Positions 17,351-28,517 of a stretch of 64,000 nt of DNA are shown here, piece after piece (within the stretch, counting starts at the first letter, position 1; each line of letters starts with the position of its first letter). The notes below the pieces were generated by a model. It did not search any database. It saw only the letters and a program-made list of their open reading frames with translations, and was not told where the DNA came from. This DNA comes from Actinomycetes bacterium. GTDB taxonomy: Bacteria > Actinomycetota > Actinomycetes > Nanopelagicales > Nanopelagicaceae. The DNA lies in the NCBI GenBank assembly GCA_025355305.1, contig JANXZW010000058.1:6332-70331 (forward strand), in the 5' to 3' direction. A program made the translations under genes and the position numbers.

Positions 17351-18622
17351 ATGCCCGAACCACTAACCACCCCGCGCCCGGGGTTGCCAGAATTGATTAT
17401 CGATCGAGAGGGCTTCCTTGCGGCTCTCTCGGAGTTAAAAAATGGTGATGGTCCGATTGCAGTGGATGCTGAGCGGGCCTCAGGTTATCGTTACAGTCAA
17501 CGTGCTTATTTAATTCAGATTTTTAGGCGGGGTGGCGGTCTTCACCTCATTGACCCCATAGCGGTAGGCGATCCTGATCTATGGCAGCAGCTAGATATAT
17601 CTTTTAAAGAGTGTGAATGGATTATTCACGCCAGCACACAGGACCTGCCATGCTTACGCGAACTTGGAATCTCTCCACAAATACTCTTCGATACTGAACT
17701 CGGTGGTCGTATTGCAGGTTGTGAACGAGTTGGGCTCGGACCATTGACGCTGGCGCTCTTGGATCTGCAACTCGCCAAGGAACATAGCGCAGTTGATTGG
17801 TCGGTTAGACCCCTGCCGGTAGATTGGCTTAACTATGCAGCCCTTGACGTGGATGTCCTCATCGACCTGCGCGACGCGGTAGAGGCACGGCTGTTAGAAA
17901 GCGGAAAATTAGCCTGGGCGCATGAGGATTTTGCCCAGATACTTAAAAATCCATCCGCGCCTGCGCGTGTTGATCCTTGGCGCAGAACATCGGGAATGCA
18001 CAAGGTGCGCGATCGCATGACCCTTGCTCTCATCCGAGCTCTCTGGGCTGCCCGCGATGAGTTCGCGCGCGAGGTAGATATCGCGCCAGGTCGAATATTT
18101 AATGATGAAGCGCTCGTTGAACTTGCTACCAAGCGCCCTGCGAAGATCGAAGATTTCACAAAAATCATCAAGCGACGTAGCCGAGTAAGCAATCCACCAA
18201 CAACAGAGTGGTTTGCACTTCTACAATCAACCTTGCTTCTCCCGGACTCTGAGCTTCCTTTAATTAGAGTTCCAAACGTTGGTTTGCCGCCCATCAAACT
18301 CTGGAAAGATCGCAATCCTCTGGGAAACGCGCGCCTCTCTCATGCGCGCGCTGCGGTCATTGCGCGAGCGGCCGAATTAAATATTCCGGTCGAAAATCTC
18401 ATATCGCCAGAGGTTATTAGGCAGCTTACGTGGAAGAACCCGCCCGATTCAGATCTCGAGATTTACATTGAGCAGACGCTGGCGCTTCACGGAGCGCGAC
18501 CCTGGCAGATTGCTCAGATCGCCTCCATTCTCGCGGAGCCTATGCTCGCTACCGAGCCGCCTCCGGTTCCAGATCCAGTTCCTGCGGCAGAGGCGGACGA
18601 TGGGGCTGCTGACTCCGAGTGA
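17351..18622 (+). CDS. rnd: RNase D-like 3'-5' exonuclease with HRDC domain
   Basis: DEDD motifs IAVDAE, HASTQDLPCL and YAALDVDVL, with an HRDC-like segment FNDEALVELATKRP. Confidence 0.85.
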   Translation: MPEPLTTPRPGLPELIIDREGFLAALSELKNGDGPIAVDAERASGYRYSQRAYLIQIFRRGGGLHLIDPIAVGDPDLWQQLDISFKECEWIIHASTQDLPCLRELGISPQILFDTELGGRIAGCERVGLGPLTLALLDLQLAKEHSAVDWSVRPLPVDWLNYAALDVDVLIDLRDAVEARLLESGKLAWAHEDFAQILKNPSAPARVDPWRRTSGMHKVRDRMTLALIRALWAARDEFAREVDIAPGRIFNDEALVELATKRPAKIEDFTKIIKRRSRVSNPPTTEWFALLQSTLLLPDSELPLIRVPNVGLPPIKLWKDRNPLGNARLSHARAAVIARAAELNIPVENLISPEVIRQLTWKNPPDSDLEIYIEQTLALHGARPWQIAQIASILAEPMLATEPPPVPDPVPAAEADDGAADSE

Positions 18623-18626
18623 GATT

Positions 18627-18654
18627 AATTACGCAACATTAAAGTTGCGTAATT
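18627..18654. promoter_or_regulatory. Perfect 11-bp inverted repeat AATTACGCAAC-N6-GTTGCGTAATT (operator for the FTR1 gene or rnd terminator hairpin)
   Basis: Read directly. It starts 5 nt after the rnd stop and ends 25 nt before the FTR1 start. No T-run follows it. Confidence 0.35.
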
Positions 18655-18679
18655 CTAAGGTGAAGTTTAGGCTTTAAGC

Positions 18680-19525
18680 ATGTTTCCCACGTTTGTGATC
18701 TTCCTCCGCGAAGGAATTGAAGCCGCGATGGTCATCGCCATCTTGCTCGCCTATCTAAAGAAGATTGGGGAGCGTTCTCAATTTCGAGATGTTTACATCG
18801 GGTTGATCGCTGCATTTGGGCTCATCTTTATCGGCGGCACCGCTGCCTACCTAATCGTCAAGCAATACAACGGCTCTCGAGTCCAGGTCTATTTTGAAAC
18901 TTTTACCTATTTACTTGCCGCCGTTCTGCTCACCTACATGACGTTCTGGATGCAGAGCCACGCGCGTGGACTCTCTCATGCACTCCAAGAGCGCAGTGAT
19001 CGGGCAATCTCTCAGGGGGGCCGTTGGGGTTTAAGACTGCTCGCCTTCCAGGCAGTAGGGCGCGAAGGTCTGGAAACAATGGTATTTACCCTCGCTATAG
19101 TCTTTGCAAATTCTAAACAGTCTGCGGTTCCACTCCAAGGAAATCTACTATGGATCGGCGCCCTTCTAGGTTTAAGCGTTGCTCTACTGATCGCCTTTGG
19201 AATCTATCGGCTAGGCGCAAAGATCAACATGCGCCTGTTCTTCCGAGTATTGGGCGTTACGCTCTTTATCTTCGCAGCTGGATTGCTCTCAGATGCCGTT
19301 CAAAATCTGCAAGAACTCAACTGGATTCCCTTTATGCACCATGAACTGTGGAACTCCTCCCGCTTCGTCGCTGAAGGTTCAAATATTGGTGATGTCTTGC
19401 ATTCTCTGGTGGGCTACGCAGAACGTCCAACAACGCTACAAGGCTTGGTCTGGTTCTCTTATTTGATCGGTGGCAGTTGGCTCTTCTTAAGAATGGGTCG
19501 GAGCAAGAAGCCGGTATCAGTTTGA
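18680..19525 (+). CDS. FTR1/EfeU family high-affinity iron permease
   Basis: Two REXXE motifs, REGIEAAMV and REGLETMV, and about 7 TM segments. Confidence 0.85.
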   Translation: MFPTFVIFLREGIEAAMVIAILLAYLKKIGERSQFRDVYIGLIAAFGLIFIGGTAAYLIVKQYNGSRVQVYFETFTYLLAAVLLTYMTFWMQSHARGLSHALQERSDRAISQGGRWGLRLLAFQAVGREGLETMVFTLAIVFANSKQSAVPLQGNLLWIGALLGLSVALLIAFGIYRLGAKINMRLFFRVLGVTLFIFAAGLLSDAVQNLQELNWIPFMHHELWNSSRFVAEGSNIGDVLHSLVGYAERPTTLQGLVWFSYLIGGSWLFLRMGRSKKPVSV

Positions 19526-21448
19526 GTCTTGGCGGACTTCTGCAACCTCTGCATCAATTTCAAGCGCCTTCAACGTTGACGACCAGCTCACCAGCGAACG
19601 AGTAATCGTCTGCACCGTTATTCCTAGATCTACAAAAATCTCATCGCGCTTAGAGTGCTCGATAAACTCCAAAGGAACTCCGATTGAATGGATCGGGACT
19701 GATAAGCCCTCATCGCGGAATAGCTCGGAGATCGTGCTAGCAATTCCACCGTGCTTAATTCCGTCTTCAACAACCACAATGCTCTTATAGCGCCTTGCCA
19801 TCGTCACGAGCGAGTGAGGTAGCGGCTTGACCCATCTGGGATCAATAACTGTCACTCCAACACCTTCGCGGTAGGCCTGCGAGGCGGCTTCCACGGAGAT
19901 TGTCGCCATCGATCCGATGCTGACAAGAAGAATGTCGGCGCTCTCGCCACGATAAAGAACATCAATTCCATCACGGCGTTCAAAGGCAGGAATGTCGGCG
20001 CAGACCGCTCCCTTTGGGTAGCGAATCAATGATGGCGCATCGCTAATTTCAACGGCCTCACGAAGGGTTTCCACGAGTCTGGCACCGTCTCGAGGAGCTG
20101 CTACATGCAGTGTTGGAACTACTCCCGTAAGGGCAAGATCCCAAATTCCATGGTGTGAGGGCCCGTCATCACCGGTTACTCCGGCACGATCCAGGACGAA
20201 TGTAACGCCAGCTTTGTGAAGCGCGACATCCATCAAGAGCTGATCAAAAGCGCGGTTCAGGAAGGTCGAGTAGATAGCAACGACCGGGTGTAACCCTGCA
20301 TAAGCCATACCAGCGGCGGAGGTAGTCGCGTGTTGCTCGGCAATCCCCACATCAAAGGTGCGATGAGGAAATGCCGCTTGAAATTGATCCAAACCCGTAG
20401 GGCCAAGCATTGCGGCGGTGATAGCCACAACATCGGGACGCTCTCTTCCGATTTCAACGAGTTCCTGCGCAAAGACAGATGTCCAGGAGAGGCCAGCTTT
20501 CCTTAGTGGTATTCCCGTCTCGGCGTCAACCACACCAACAGCATGAAACTTCTCTGCCTCATCGTTGATTGCCGGAGCATGGCCCCGACCCTTTTCGGTA
20601 ATTACATGGACGAGTACCGGCGCTCCGAATAACTTTGCATGATGGAAGGCGTTCTCCAACGCTTCGAAGCTGTGACCATCGACGGGGCCGAAGTACTTTA
20701 GGCCCAGATCTTCAAACATTCCTTGAGGAGCAACAATATCTTTGATCCCCTTTTTAACTCCATGCAATGTTTCATATATCGGCTGGCCGATAACGGGGGT
20801 GCGTTCTAGAACATTCTTCCCCCAGTCGAGAAACTTCTCATACCCCCCAGTGGTCCGCAGGGTCGAGAGGTAGGTCGCCATTCCACCGATCGTTGGCGAG
20901 TACGAGCGCTCGTTATCGTTGACGATGATAACCAAGGGCAAGTTTTCATTAGCGGCGATGTTGTTGAGCGCCTCCCAGGCCATCCCTCCGGTGAGAGCTC
21001 CATCGCCCACTACACAGACAACGGTTCGATTCTTTATTCCCTGCACGCTAAATCCACGGGCCACACCATCGGCCCACGAGAGCGCTCCAGAGGCATGCGA
21101 ATTCTCGATAACATCATGAATGGATTCTGCACGGCTGGGGTAGCCAGCCAATCCGCCACGCTGACGAAGAGTGTCAAAGCCTGCCTGGCGCCCTGTCAAG
21201 ATCTTGTGCACGTAGGACTGATGCCCGGTGTCGAAGAGGATGACATCCTTCGGGGAGTCAAAGACACGGTGCATCGCGATGGTCAGTTCAACCACTCCCA
21301 AGTTGGGGCCAAGATGGCCACCGGTCTTGGAGACCTTCTCAATAAGAAACTCTCGAATTTCCGCAGCTAGCGCATTGAGTTGCTCGAAGTTAAGAACCCG
21401 AAGATCTTGTGGCGCCTGTATGGCAGGCAAGATCCGAGGGCTAGACAT
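19517..21448 (-). CDS. dxs: 1-deoxy-D-xylulose-5-phosphate synthase
   Basis: GGHLGPNLGVVELT, GHQSYVHKILTGR and ThDP motif GDGALTGGMAWEALNN. 643 aa. Confidence 0.95.
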   Translation of the reverse strand: MSSPRILPAIQAPQDLRVLNFEQLNALAAEIREFLIEKVSKTGGHLGPNLGVVELTIAMHRVFDSPKDVILFDTGHQSYVHKILTGRQAGFDTLRQRGGLAGYPSRAESIHDVIENSHASGALSWADGVARGFSVQGIKNRTVVCVVGDGALTGGMAWEALNNIAANENLPLVIIVNDNERSYSPTIGGMATYLSTLRTTGGYEKFLDWGKNVLERTPVIGQPIYETLHGVKKGIKDIVAPQGMFEDLGLKYFGPVDGHSFEALENAFHHAKLFGAPVLVHVITEKGRGHAPAINDEAEKFHAVGVVDAETGIPLRKAGLSWTSVFAQELVEIGRERPDVVAITAAMLGPTGLDQFQAAFPHRTFDVGIAEQHATTSAAGMAYAGLHPVVAIYSTFLNRAFDQLLMDVALHKAGVTFVLDRAGVTGDDGPSHHGIWDLALTGVVPTLHVAAPRDGARLVETLREAVEISDAPSLIRYPKGAVCADIPAFERRDGIDVLYRGESADILLVSIGSMATISVEAASQAYREGVGVTVIDPRWVKPLPHSLVTMARRYKSIVVVEDGIKHGGIASTISELFRDEGLSVPIHSIGVPLEFIEHSKRDEIFVDLGITVQTITRSLVSWSSTLKALEIDAEVAEVRQDSN

Positions 21449-21512
21449 AGAATAATTCTACGCGAGGACTCTTCCCATTGCGAGGTAGAGCAAGTCGGGA
21501 GATCGCGATAAA

Positions 21513-24170
21513 TTAACTAAGTAGTGAGCGTAAGACGTACTGCATGATGCCGCCATGACGGTAGTAATCCGCTTCGCCAGGCGTATCAATACGTAGTTGC
21601 GCCTCAAATGTGATTTCGCCCGCTTTTACAGTCAAGGTCTTGGGGGCAGCCCCTGTGTTGAGTGCAGCGATCCCAGTGATCTCAAAAGTTTCCGTACCGC
21701 GCAGGCCAAGGCTCGTCACATTTTGACCGGTAAAGAATTGCAGCGGAAGAACGCCCATTCCAATCAGGTTGGAGCGGTGGATGCGCTCGAAGGACTCTGC
21801 AATCACAGCTCGCACCCCAAGTAGAGCGGTTCCTTTAGCCGCCCAGTCACGCGATGAACCAGAGCCGTACTCTTTACCTGCCAGGATTACGAGTGGAACA
21901 CCGGCAGCTTGGTACTCACTTGATGCATCATAAATCGTGGCTTGCTCTCCATCGCGCAGGAAGTTGCGTGTAAATCCACCTTCAACATCGGTCAGTAGTA
22001 AATTCTTTAATCGAATGTTGGCGAATGTTCCGCGGATCATTACTTCGTGATTTCCACGGCGCGATCCATACGAGTTAAAGTCAGACCGCTCGATTCCATG
22101 CTCCGCTAAATACTTGCCAGCTGGTGAATCAACCTTGATATTTCCGGCAGGTGAAATGTGATCAGTGGTGACAGAGTCCCCCAGGATCGCCAAAACTCGA
22201 GCACCTGCAATATTTGTTACGGGCTTCGGTTCGCGTGGCATCCCGTCAAAGTAGGGAGGTTTTCTGATGTAGGTAGAATCTGCTTCCCAGTCAAAAGTCT
22301 TCCCCGTTGGGGTTTCAAGGGACTTCCAACGGTAATCGCCATCAAAGACGGTTGCATAATCCTTTTTGAACATATCTGAAGAGATGCATGATGCAATCAC
22401 TGCATCAATCTCCGCTGCACTTGGCCAGATATCTTTTAGAAAGACCGGCAGACCATTTTGGTCGTTTCCAATTGGTTCGCTCTCGAAGTCATGGTTCATG
22501 GTTCCAGTGAGCGCATACGCAACCACCAAGGGTGGTGAAGCCAGGTAGTTCATCTTCACATCAGGGCTGATGCGACCTTCAAAGTTACGATTTCCAGAGA
22601 GAACTGCTGTCACCGCTAGATCGTTCTCATTGATGGCTTTACTAATTTCCAGTGGTAGCGGACCGGAGTTACCAATACACGTCACGCAACCATAGCCGAC
22701 AAGATTGAATCCCAGTTGGTTCATATAGCCGGTGAGTTCTGCCTTGTCGTAGTAATCAGTGACGACTTTAGAACCGGGTGCGAGGGTGGTCTTTACCCAA
22801 GGCTTGCTGCGCAGCCCTTTTTCAACCGCTTTCTTAGCGAGAAGTGCGGCGCCGATCATGACCGAAGGGTTTGAGGTGTTTGTACAGGAGGTAATTGAGG
22901 CGATTGCGACAGCGCCATTTGCTATCGAGGTAGCAGTTCCATTTACTGAAACGTTGATCGCCTCGCGTGAGCTCTTCTCGCCGAGATAACTGGGAATGAT
23001 CTCATTGAATGCTCTCTTCGAGTTGCTGAGTGAAATACGATCCTGCGGTCGCTTAGGCCCAGAGATCGAAGGAACTACCTCAGCGAGATCCAGCTCAACA
23101 TATTCTGAAAAACGCGGCTCAATTGCGGGGTCATGCCAGAGTCCATTGCGCTTGGCATACTTTTCTACGAGTTCAATCTGTTCTGCAGAGCGACCAGTTA
23201 AAGTTAAGTAGCGCAGAGTCTCGTCATCTATAGGGAAGATGGCACAGGTGGATCCGTATTCAGGGGACATATTTCCGATCGCAGTCCGATTAGCCATTGG
23301 GAGGGAAACGACACCCGGACCATAAAATTCTACAAATTTACCAACTACGCCGTGCTTGCGCAGACGCTCGGTTATGGTGAGAACAAGATCGGTGGCTGTT
23401 GTGCCAACTGGCAACTCACCTTTTAACTTGAATCCGACGACTCGTGGAATGAGCATTGATACCGGCTGACCGAGCAGTGCCGCTTCAGCTTCGATTCCGC
23501 CTACTCCCCAACCCAATACTCCGAGGCCGTTGACCATCGTCGTGTGCGAATCGGTTCCAACAACGGTATCTGGATAGGCGCGCAAAACACCATCGACAGT
23601 GCGTGTCATGATCACGCGAGCGAGAAATTCAATATTTACCTGGTGAACAATTCCCGTTCCAGGCGGAACAACTTTGAACTCATCAAATGCGCTCTGTCCC
23701 CAACGCAAGAAGCGATAACGCTCCTTATTGCGCTGATACTCCACATCGGTGTTCTCTTCAAAGGAGAGTGGGGTTCCAAAGAAATCTGCAATCACTGAAT
23801 GATCGATGACAAGTTCAGCGGGAGCTAGCGGATTGACCTTTGTTGGGTCTCCCCCAAGGTCGGCGATCGCTTCGCGCATTGTGGCCAGATCAACAATGCA
23901 GGGAACACCGGTGAAATCTTGCATGATCACGCGGGCAGGTGTGAATTGGATTTCGGTCTCTGGCTCAATCGCGGGATCCCATTGTGCAAGAGCGGTGATC
24001 TGGCTCGCCGTGATGTTGGCGCCATCTTCGGTGCGCAGCAGGTTCTCAAGAAGTACCTTGAGACTAAAGGGCAGAGTTTGCGCGCCCTCTAGCGCCGTGA
24101 TCTCGAAGATCTCATAGGATTTACCGGCAACATTTAGGTTGCTCTTCGCGTTAAAGGTATTTTTACTCAT
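21513..24170 (-). CDS. acnA: Aconitate hydratase A
   Basis: 885 aa. Motifs [21 protein letters not shown] and the swivel domain [16 protein letters not shown]. Confidence 0.95.
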   Translation of the reverse strand: MSKNTFNAKSNLNVAGKSYEIFEITALEGAQTLPFSLKVLLENLLRTEDGANITASQITALAQWDPAIEPETEIQFTPARVIMQDFTGVPCIVDLATMREAIADLGGDPTKVNPLAPAELVIDHSVIADFFGTPLSFEENTDVEYQRNKERYRFLRWGQSAFDEFKVVPPGTGIVHQVNIEFLARVIMTRTVDGVLRAYPDTVVGTDSHTTMVNGLGVLGWGVGGIEAEAALLGQPVSMLIPRVVGFKLKGELPVGTTATDLVLTITERLRKHGVVGKFVEFYGPGVVSLPMANRTAIGNMSPEYGSTCAIFPIDDETLRYLTLTGRSAEQIELVEKYAKRNGLWHDPAIEPRFSEYVELDLAEVVPSISGPKRPQDRISLSNSKRAFNEIIPSYLGEKSSREAINVSVNGTATSIANGAVAIASITSCTNTSNPSVMIGAALLAKKAVEKGLRSKPWVKTTLAPGSKVVTDYYDKAELTGYMNQLGFNLVGYGCVTCIGNSGPLPLEISKAINENDLAVTAVLSGNRNFEGRISPDVKMNYLASPPLVVAYALTGTMNHDFESEPIGNDQNGLPVFLKDIWPSAAEIDAVIASCISSDMFKKDYATVFDGDYRWKSLETPTGKTFDWEADSTYIRKPPYFDGMPREPKPVTNIAGARVLAILGDSVTTDHISPAGNIKVDSPAGKYLAEHGIERSDFNSYGSRRGNHEVMIRGTFANIRLKNLLLTDVEGGFTRNFLRDGEQATIYDASSEYQAAGVPLVILAGKEYGSGSSRDWAAKGTALLGVRAVIAESFERIHRSNLIGMGVLPLQFFTGQNVTSLGLRGTETFEITGIAALNTGAAPKTLTVKAGEITFEAQLRIDTPGEADYYRHGGIMQYVLRSLLS

Positions 24171-24219
24171 CGTGCCTCCATCTTATCCCACCTCGATTAG
24201 AGGCAAATAAACTCCTCTG

Positions 24220-25416
24220 CTAGGCCGGAATGAAGCGCGCGACACATTCAACGTGCTGGGTCTGCGGAAAGAGGTCATAACCCACCAGGAAATCTATTTT
24301 GTAGCCGCTAGCCAAGAAAAGCTTGGCATCCCGGGCTAAGGAGGCGGGATCGCAGGAGACGTAGACGATTGCGCGCGGGTGAGTCCGAGCCATAACGGTA
24401 ACGACCTCTTCACCGGCACCGGTACGCGGAGGATCCAGAAGGATGACATCGGGGTCAGAGATCTTCGGCAGTCGAGATTCGACGGTGCCTGGGTGAATTT
24501 CCACATTTCCTGCACCCTTAAAAATTCTCTGCGCATCACTAATAGCCCGGCGATCGGCCTCAATGAGATGTACCTTGCCCTGGGGACCAACTTCCTTCGC
24601 CATCGCTGCAGTGAAGAGACCAACCCCACCATAGAGGTCACACGCCACCTCTCCTGGCTTGAGCTCTAGCTTCGCGATCACCTCCGCCACCAAGGTGGAG
24701 GGCGCTGATTTATGCGCCTGCCAAAAACTCTGCGGTGAGATTTGATAGGTAAAGCCGCCTACCTTCTCAACGAGTTGAGTGGGACCCGAAATGCTACGAC
24801 CCGCTCTAGAAACGCTGACCTGTCCAGTGCTGGTCGATGCGACCTCTATGCGGTCATCTCCATTCCAACGCCTGCTTGAAAGTGCCGCAACGTTCATCGG
24901 AGCATCGGCGATCAGGCAATCTTCGACCTCAACAACTTCATTGCTCCGATTGCCGAAGAGTCCAATTCGGCCGCTCGCTCCTATCGCAAAATCCATCCGG
25001 GTTCGCCAGTGCAGGCCATCCTCTGGTGCAACCTCCTTCACCTCACAAGAGAGCTCTAGACCCCCCAACCGCGAGAATTGCTCGACGATTACCTCTGCCT
25101 TCAGCGTGCGTTGATGGGCTAGCTCGATATGTTGGAAGTCGCACCCCCCACACCCTCCTGGGCGCGCGTATTGGCACGGTGCTGCACGGCGATATTTGGA
25201 TGGGGTTAGGATCGAGATCGCATCCCCACGAGCCATCTTGGAGTTGACAGCAGTTATTTCAACCAGGGCGCTCTCTCCCGGAATTGCGTAGCGTACAAAG
25301 ATCACCTGGCCCTCAAAGCGAGCTACACAGTGACCGCCGTGCGCGATCTTCTCAATATCAACGGTCACCTGCTGGCCAACTTGTAAACGTTCACCCGTGG
25401 GTAATTGTGCATCCAT
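24220..25416 (-). CDS. TRAM-domain class I SAM-dependent RNA (uracil-5) methyltransferase, TrmA/RlmD family
   Basis: N-terminal TRAM, Fe-S Cys cluster CQYARPGGCGGCDFQH, SAM motif DLYGGVGLF, and C-terminal YVSCDPASLARD. Confidence 0.85.
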   Translation of the reverse strand: MDAQLPTGERLQVGQQVTVDIEKIAHGGHCVARFEGQVIFVRYAIPGESALVEITAVNSKMARGDAISILTPSKYRRAAPCQYARPGGCGGCDFQHIELAHQRTLKAEVIVEQFSRLGGLELSCEVKEVAPEDGLHWRTRMDFAIGASGRIGLFGNRSNEVVEVEDCLIADAPMNVAALSSRRWNGDDRIEVASTSTGQVSVSRAGRSISGPTQLVEKVGGFTYQISPQSFWQAHKSAPSTLVAEVIAKLELKPGEVACDLYGGVGLFTAAMAKEVGPQGKVHLIEADRRAISDAQRIFKGAGNVEIHPGTVESRLPKISDPDVILLDPPRTGAGEEVVTVMARTHPRAIVYVSCDPASLARDAKLFLASGYKIDFLVGYDLFPQTQHVECVARFIPA

Positions 25417-25493
25417 TATCTAATTCTAGAGTGGTTAGGGATCGGGTGATCCGCAAGATAGCCCGAGGCGAGGGTTAGGTGTAAGTTCCTCCC

Positions 25494-26156
25494 GTGCATG
25501 TAGTAATCATGGGATGCGGTCGTGTTGGCTCCGGCTTATCCAAAGCTTTAGAGGCCGCCGGCCATTCAGTAGCAGTTATTGACCAAAACCGCGAAGCCTT
25601 TCGCCGGCTGGGGCCTGATTTCAACGGTCGTACTATCGCTGGTGTCGGCTTTGACCAAGATATCTTGCTAGAGGCGGGAATTGAGAGCGCTGCCGCCTTT
25701 GCCGCAGTCTCCAACGGCGATAACTCCAATATTCTTGCCGCTCGAGTGGCTCGTGAGCGTTACAACGTTCCCAATGTCGTCGCTCGTATCTACGACCCTG
25801 AGCGCGCGGAAATCTATCAACGCTTGGGCATTCCTACCGTGGCAACCGTCTTATGGACGACCGACCAGATGATGCGACGCCTCGCCCCTGAAGGTTCACA
25901 ATCACAGTGGCGAGATGCCAGCGGAACTATCCAACTCTGTGAGGTCTCCCTGCACCGGGAGTGGTTTGGACTTCCTGTGCTACTTATTGAAGAGGCAACC
26001 AAGGCGCGCGTGGCATTTATTACTCGCCTCGGTGAGGGGCTAATCCCCAAGCACAATACTGTTTTGCAAGAGGGCGATCTCGTGCATGTCATCCTCGTTG
26101 AATCTGAACGCACAAAGATCGATGAGATCCTCGCCCGTGAACCAGAAGTTAATTAA
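25494..26156 (+). CDS. trkA: TrkA-type K+ transport regulatory protein (RCK: TrkA-N plus TrkA-C)
   Basis: Rossmann motif VVIMGCGRVGSGL, GTG start, paired with a second copy. Confidence 0.85.
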   Translation: MHVVIMGCGRVGSGLSKALEAAGHSVAVIDQNREAFRRLGPDFNGRTIAGVGFDQDILLEAGIESAAAFAAVSNGDNSNILAARVARERYNVPNVVARIYDPERAEIYQRLGIPTVATVLWTTDQMMRRLAPEGSQSQWRDASGTIQLCEVSLHREWFGLPVLLIEEATKARVAFITRLGEGLIPKHNTVLQEGDLVHVILVESERTKIDEILAREPEVN

Positions 26157-26165
26157 GGCGACCCC

Positions 26166-26825
26166 ATGAAGATAGCAATCGTCGGAGCTGGAAATGTCGG
26201 CCGCGCCATCGCGCGCGAGTTGATTGATAACGGCCACCATGTTCTCCTGATGGACCGCGATCCGAAATCCCTTAAGATGGATAGTGTTCCGCAAGCAGAG
26301 TGGTTGCTCGCCGATGCCTGTGAAATCTCCTCCCTCGACAATGCCAAACTTGCAAGCTGTCAGGTGCTTGTTGCGGCTACCGGTGATGACAAGGTGAATC
26401 TCGTCTCCTCACTCCTCGCTAAGACCGAATATGGTGTGCCTCGCGTAGTGGCTCGTATCAATCATCCAAAGAATGAATGGCTCTTCGATTCTTCGTGGGG
26501 TGTGGACGTTGCCGTATCAACTCCACGCATTATCTCTGCCCTTGTTGAAGAAGCCGTGACGGTTGGCGATGTTGTACGACTCTTCTCTCTCAAGCGCGGC
26601 GGGGCAAATCTCGTTGAAATAACTCTTCCTGAAAATGGATATGCCTGCGGCAAGACCGTTGGAGAAATTACTTTTCCCTCTGGAACTTCACTCGCCTCAA
26701 TCGTGCGCGATGGGCATGTGATTGCGCCCAAAGATCAAGATATGTTGATGGGTGGCGATGAGTTGATATTTGTTGCGACAACGGCGGCCGAGCACCTGCT
26801 CAAAGAGAGCCTACTCGGCGGCTAA
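26166..26825 (+). CDS. trkA: TrkA-type K+ transport regulatory protein, second paralogue
   Basis: IAIVGAGNVGRAIAREL with a C-terminal TrkA-C-like part. Confidence 0.85.
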   Translation: MKIAIVGAGNVGRAIARELIDNGHHVLLMDRDPKSLKMDSVPQAEWLLADACEISSLDNAKLASCQVLVAATGDDKVNLVSSLLAKTEYGVPRVVARINHPKNEWLFDSSWGVDVAVSTPRIISALVEEAVTVGDVVRLFSLKRGGANLVEITLPENGYACGKTVGEITFPSGTSLASIVRDGHVIAPKDQDMLMGGDELIFVATTAAEHLLKESLLGG

Positions 26826-27443
26826 CTCCGGCTTAACGGTAGGAACTTTGCGCAGAATCAACCAAGTCACCCAGCCTGTCAGGATCAATCCCGGGTACCC
26901 CATGACAAGTCGCGCGGTTCCCAACCAGTTGAGGTGATTGGTTTTATAGAGCGGATATTGCACGAGTAATCGCGAGAGGAAGAGAGCAACCCATACCCAT
27001 CCCCCTTTTTTATAAGCGCTCTTTCGAGCAGGAACACCCCTCCAGGCAAAATTTTCGCCCAAGATTGGTCCAAGAATTAGTCCAAGTAACGGCCACCCAA
27101 CAAGATTTAAAATTGAGTAAATAAATCCATAGACCAGATTGATGATGAGTCCTGGAAGATAGAAATCCGCGGCCTTACCGCTGTGGCGCGCGAAGAGGGC
27201 GCAGATGGCAACGCCGATCACACCAGAGACCGCATGCTGCAAAGTCTCGCGTTTAAATAAACGCAGCGCGGCCAGAAGTACAGATAGTGCGATCGCCAAA
27301 ATCCCAGATTCATTAAGATTATGCGTAATGTTGAAAGCGATTAAAAAAAGAATTGACGGTAACCCGCTATCGAGCAGGCCACGCGTTCCACCTAGCGCCT
27401 TGTAAACCTTATCTCTATCTTCTTCGTGGCCTTCATAACTCAT
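26811..27443 (-). CDS. DUF3159-like integral membrane protein
   Basis: About 6 TM segments. It sits between the trkA pair and dut, as in mycobacteria (recalled), and overlaps dut by 4 nt. Confidence 0.55.
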   Translation of the reverse strand: MSYEGHEEDRDKVYKALGGTRGLLDSGLPSILFLIAFNITHNLNESGILAIALSVLLAALRLFKRETLQHAVSGVIGVAICALFARHSGKAADFYLPGLIINLVYGFIYSILNLVGWPLLGLILGPILGENFAWRGVPARKSAYKKGGWVWVALFLSRLLVQYPLYKTNHLNWLGTARLVMGYPGLILTGWVTWLILRKVPTVKPELAAE

Positions 27444-27889
27444 GAGGATTGTGTTCCTGTTGAGCCAAAGCCACTCGCTGCGCGCTCGGAACCTGGAAGT
27501 TCTGCGACTGCAATAAATACCGCGGCCTCCACCTTTTGGATAACAAGTTGTGCGATGCGATCTCCTTTTTTAAAGGAGATCGCCTCACGAAGATCGTGAT
27601 TAATCAGAATCACTTGTAGCTCTCCGCGATAACCAGCATCGACGGTGCCAGGGGTATTAACCATCGACACCCCATGCTTGATGGCAAGCCCAGAGCGAGG
27701 GTGAACAAATGCTGCATAACCAGCGGGAAGCGCGATGGAGAGTCCGGTTGGGACCAAGAGTCGCTCCCCTGGTTCAATAGTGAAATCAATACGTGTAGTG
27801 ATATCTGCACCAGCATCTCCTGGCTTCCCATAAACGGGAAGGGGAACAGATGGGTCAAGACGCTTTACAAGTACTTCAACGCCGCTCAT
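27440..27889 (-). CDS. dut: dUTP diphosphatase
   Basis: Motifs GDAGADI, PRSGLAIKHG, VNTPGTVDAGYRGE and GFGSTG. Confidence 0.93.
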   Translation of the reverse strand: MSGVEVLVKRLDPSVPLPVYGKPGDAGADITTRIDFTIEPGERLLVPTGLSIALPAGYAAFVHPRSGLAIKHGVSMVNTPGTVDAGYRGELQVILINHDLREAISFKKGDRIAQLVIQKVEAAVFIAVAELPGSERAASGFGSTGTQSS

Positions 27890-28470
27890 GGATTTATCTC
27901 AAAATCTGGATCGACGAAGGCCAACAACTTTGGGTTTTCACGGATATGGTCGATGAATTCCTTAGGCGCCTTCTCTAGGAAGTGTGACATTGGCACAATC
28001 ACGTAGAGCGAACTGGCGCGAACAGCAACAGGCCCTTCATAGGACTCTAGATGGCCTTGCGCTTGGGCATAAACCTTCCGGCCAGATTGCCCAGTGATCT
28101 CTGCAGTGATGTATAGGTTGGCGCCAACCGGAACGGGAAGCATAAAATCAGTTTCTAACCGCGCAGTCACGGCAGGGGCGCGTAGCAACCACATCAACTT
28201 TCCCAACGCTTCATCAAATGCCAAGGTGAGAAGTCCACCATGTGCCAGGCCCGGAGCGCCTTGATGTTTATCTGTCACGGTAAAGATTGCGGTGATGTTT
28301 TGACCTTCGCCAGCCTGTGCAACGAGGTGTAAACCTGTCGGATGCAAATCGCCACATCCGAAACAATTTGCGTAGTGAGAAGGAATCTGCGTTCCGGGGG
28401 CCGGAGCTAGAGGGTGTCGTTCTGGCACCACTGCTTCACGCGGCGGAGTTGTACTCGCTACTCGACTCAT
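27886..28470 (-). CDS. Hotdog-fold (PaaI-like) thioesterase with C-terminal extension
   Basis: CFGCG...GLAHGGLLTLAFDEALG pattern. ATGA overlap with dut. Confidence 0.6.
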   Translation of the reverse strand: MSRVASTTPPREAVVPERHPLAPAPGTQIPSHYANCFGCGDLHPTGLHLVAQAGEGQNITAIFTVTDKHQGAPGLAHGGLLTLAFDEALGKLMWLLRAPAVTARLETDFMLPVPVGANLYITAEITGQSGRKVYAQAQGHLESYEGPVAVRASSLYVIVPMSHFLEKAPKEFIDHIRENPKLLAFVDPDFEINP

Positions 28471-28517
28471 GTCTTCAGCCTAATGGATCACCTCCTTCGA
28501 ACGAGTAGCGTTCAGGT

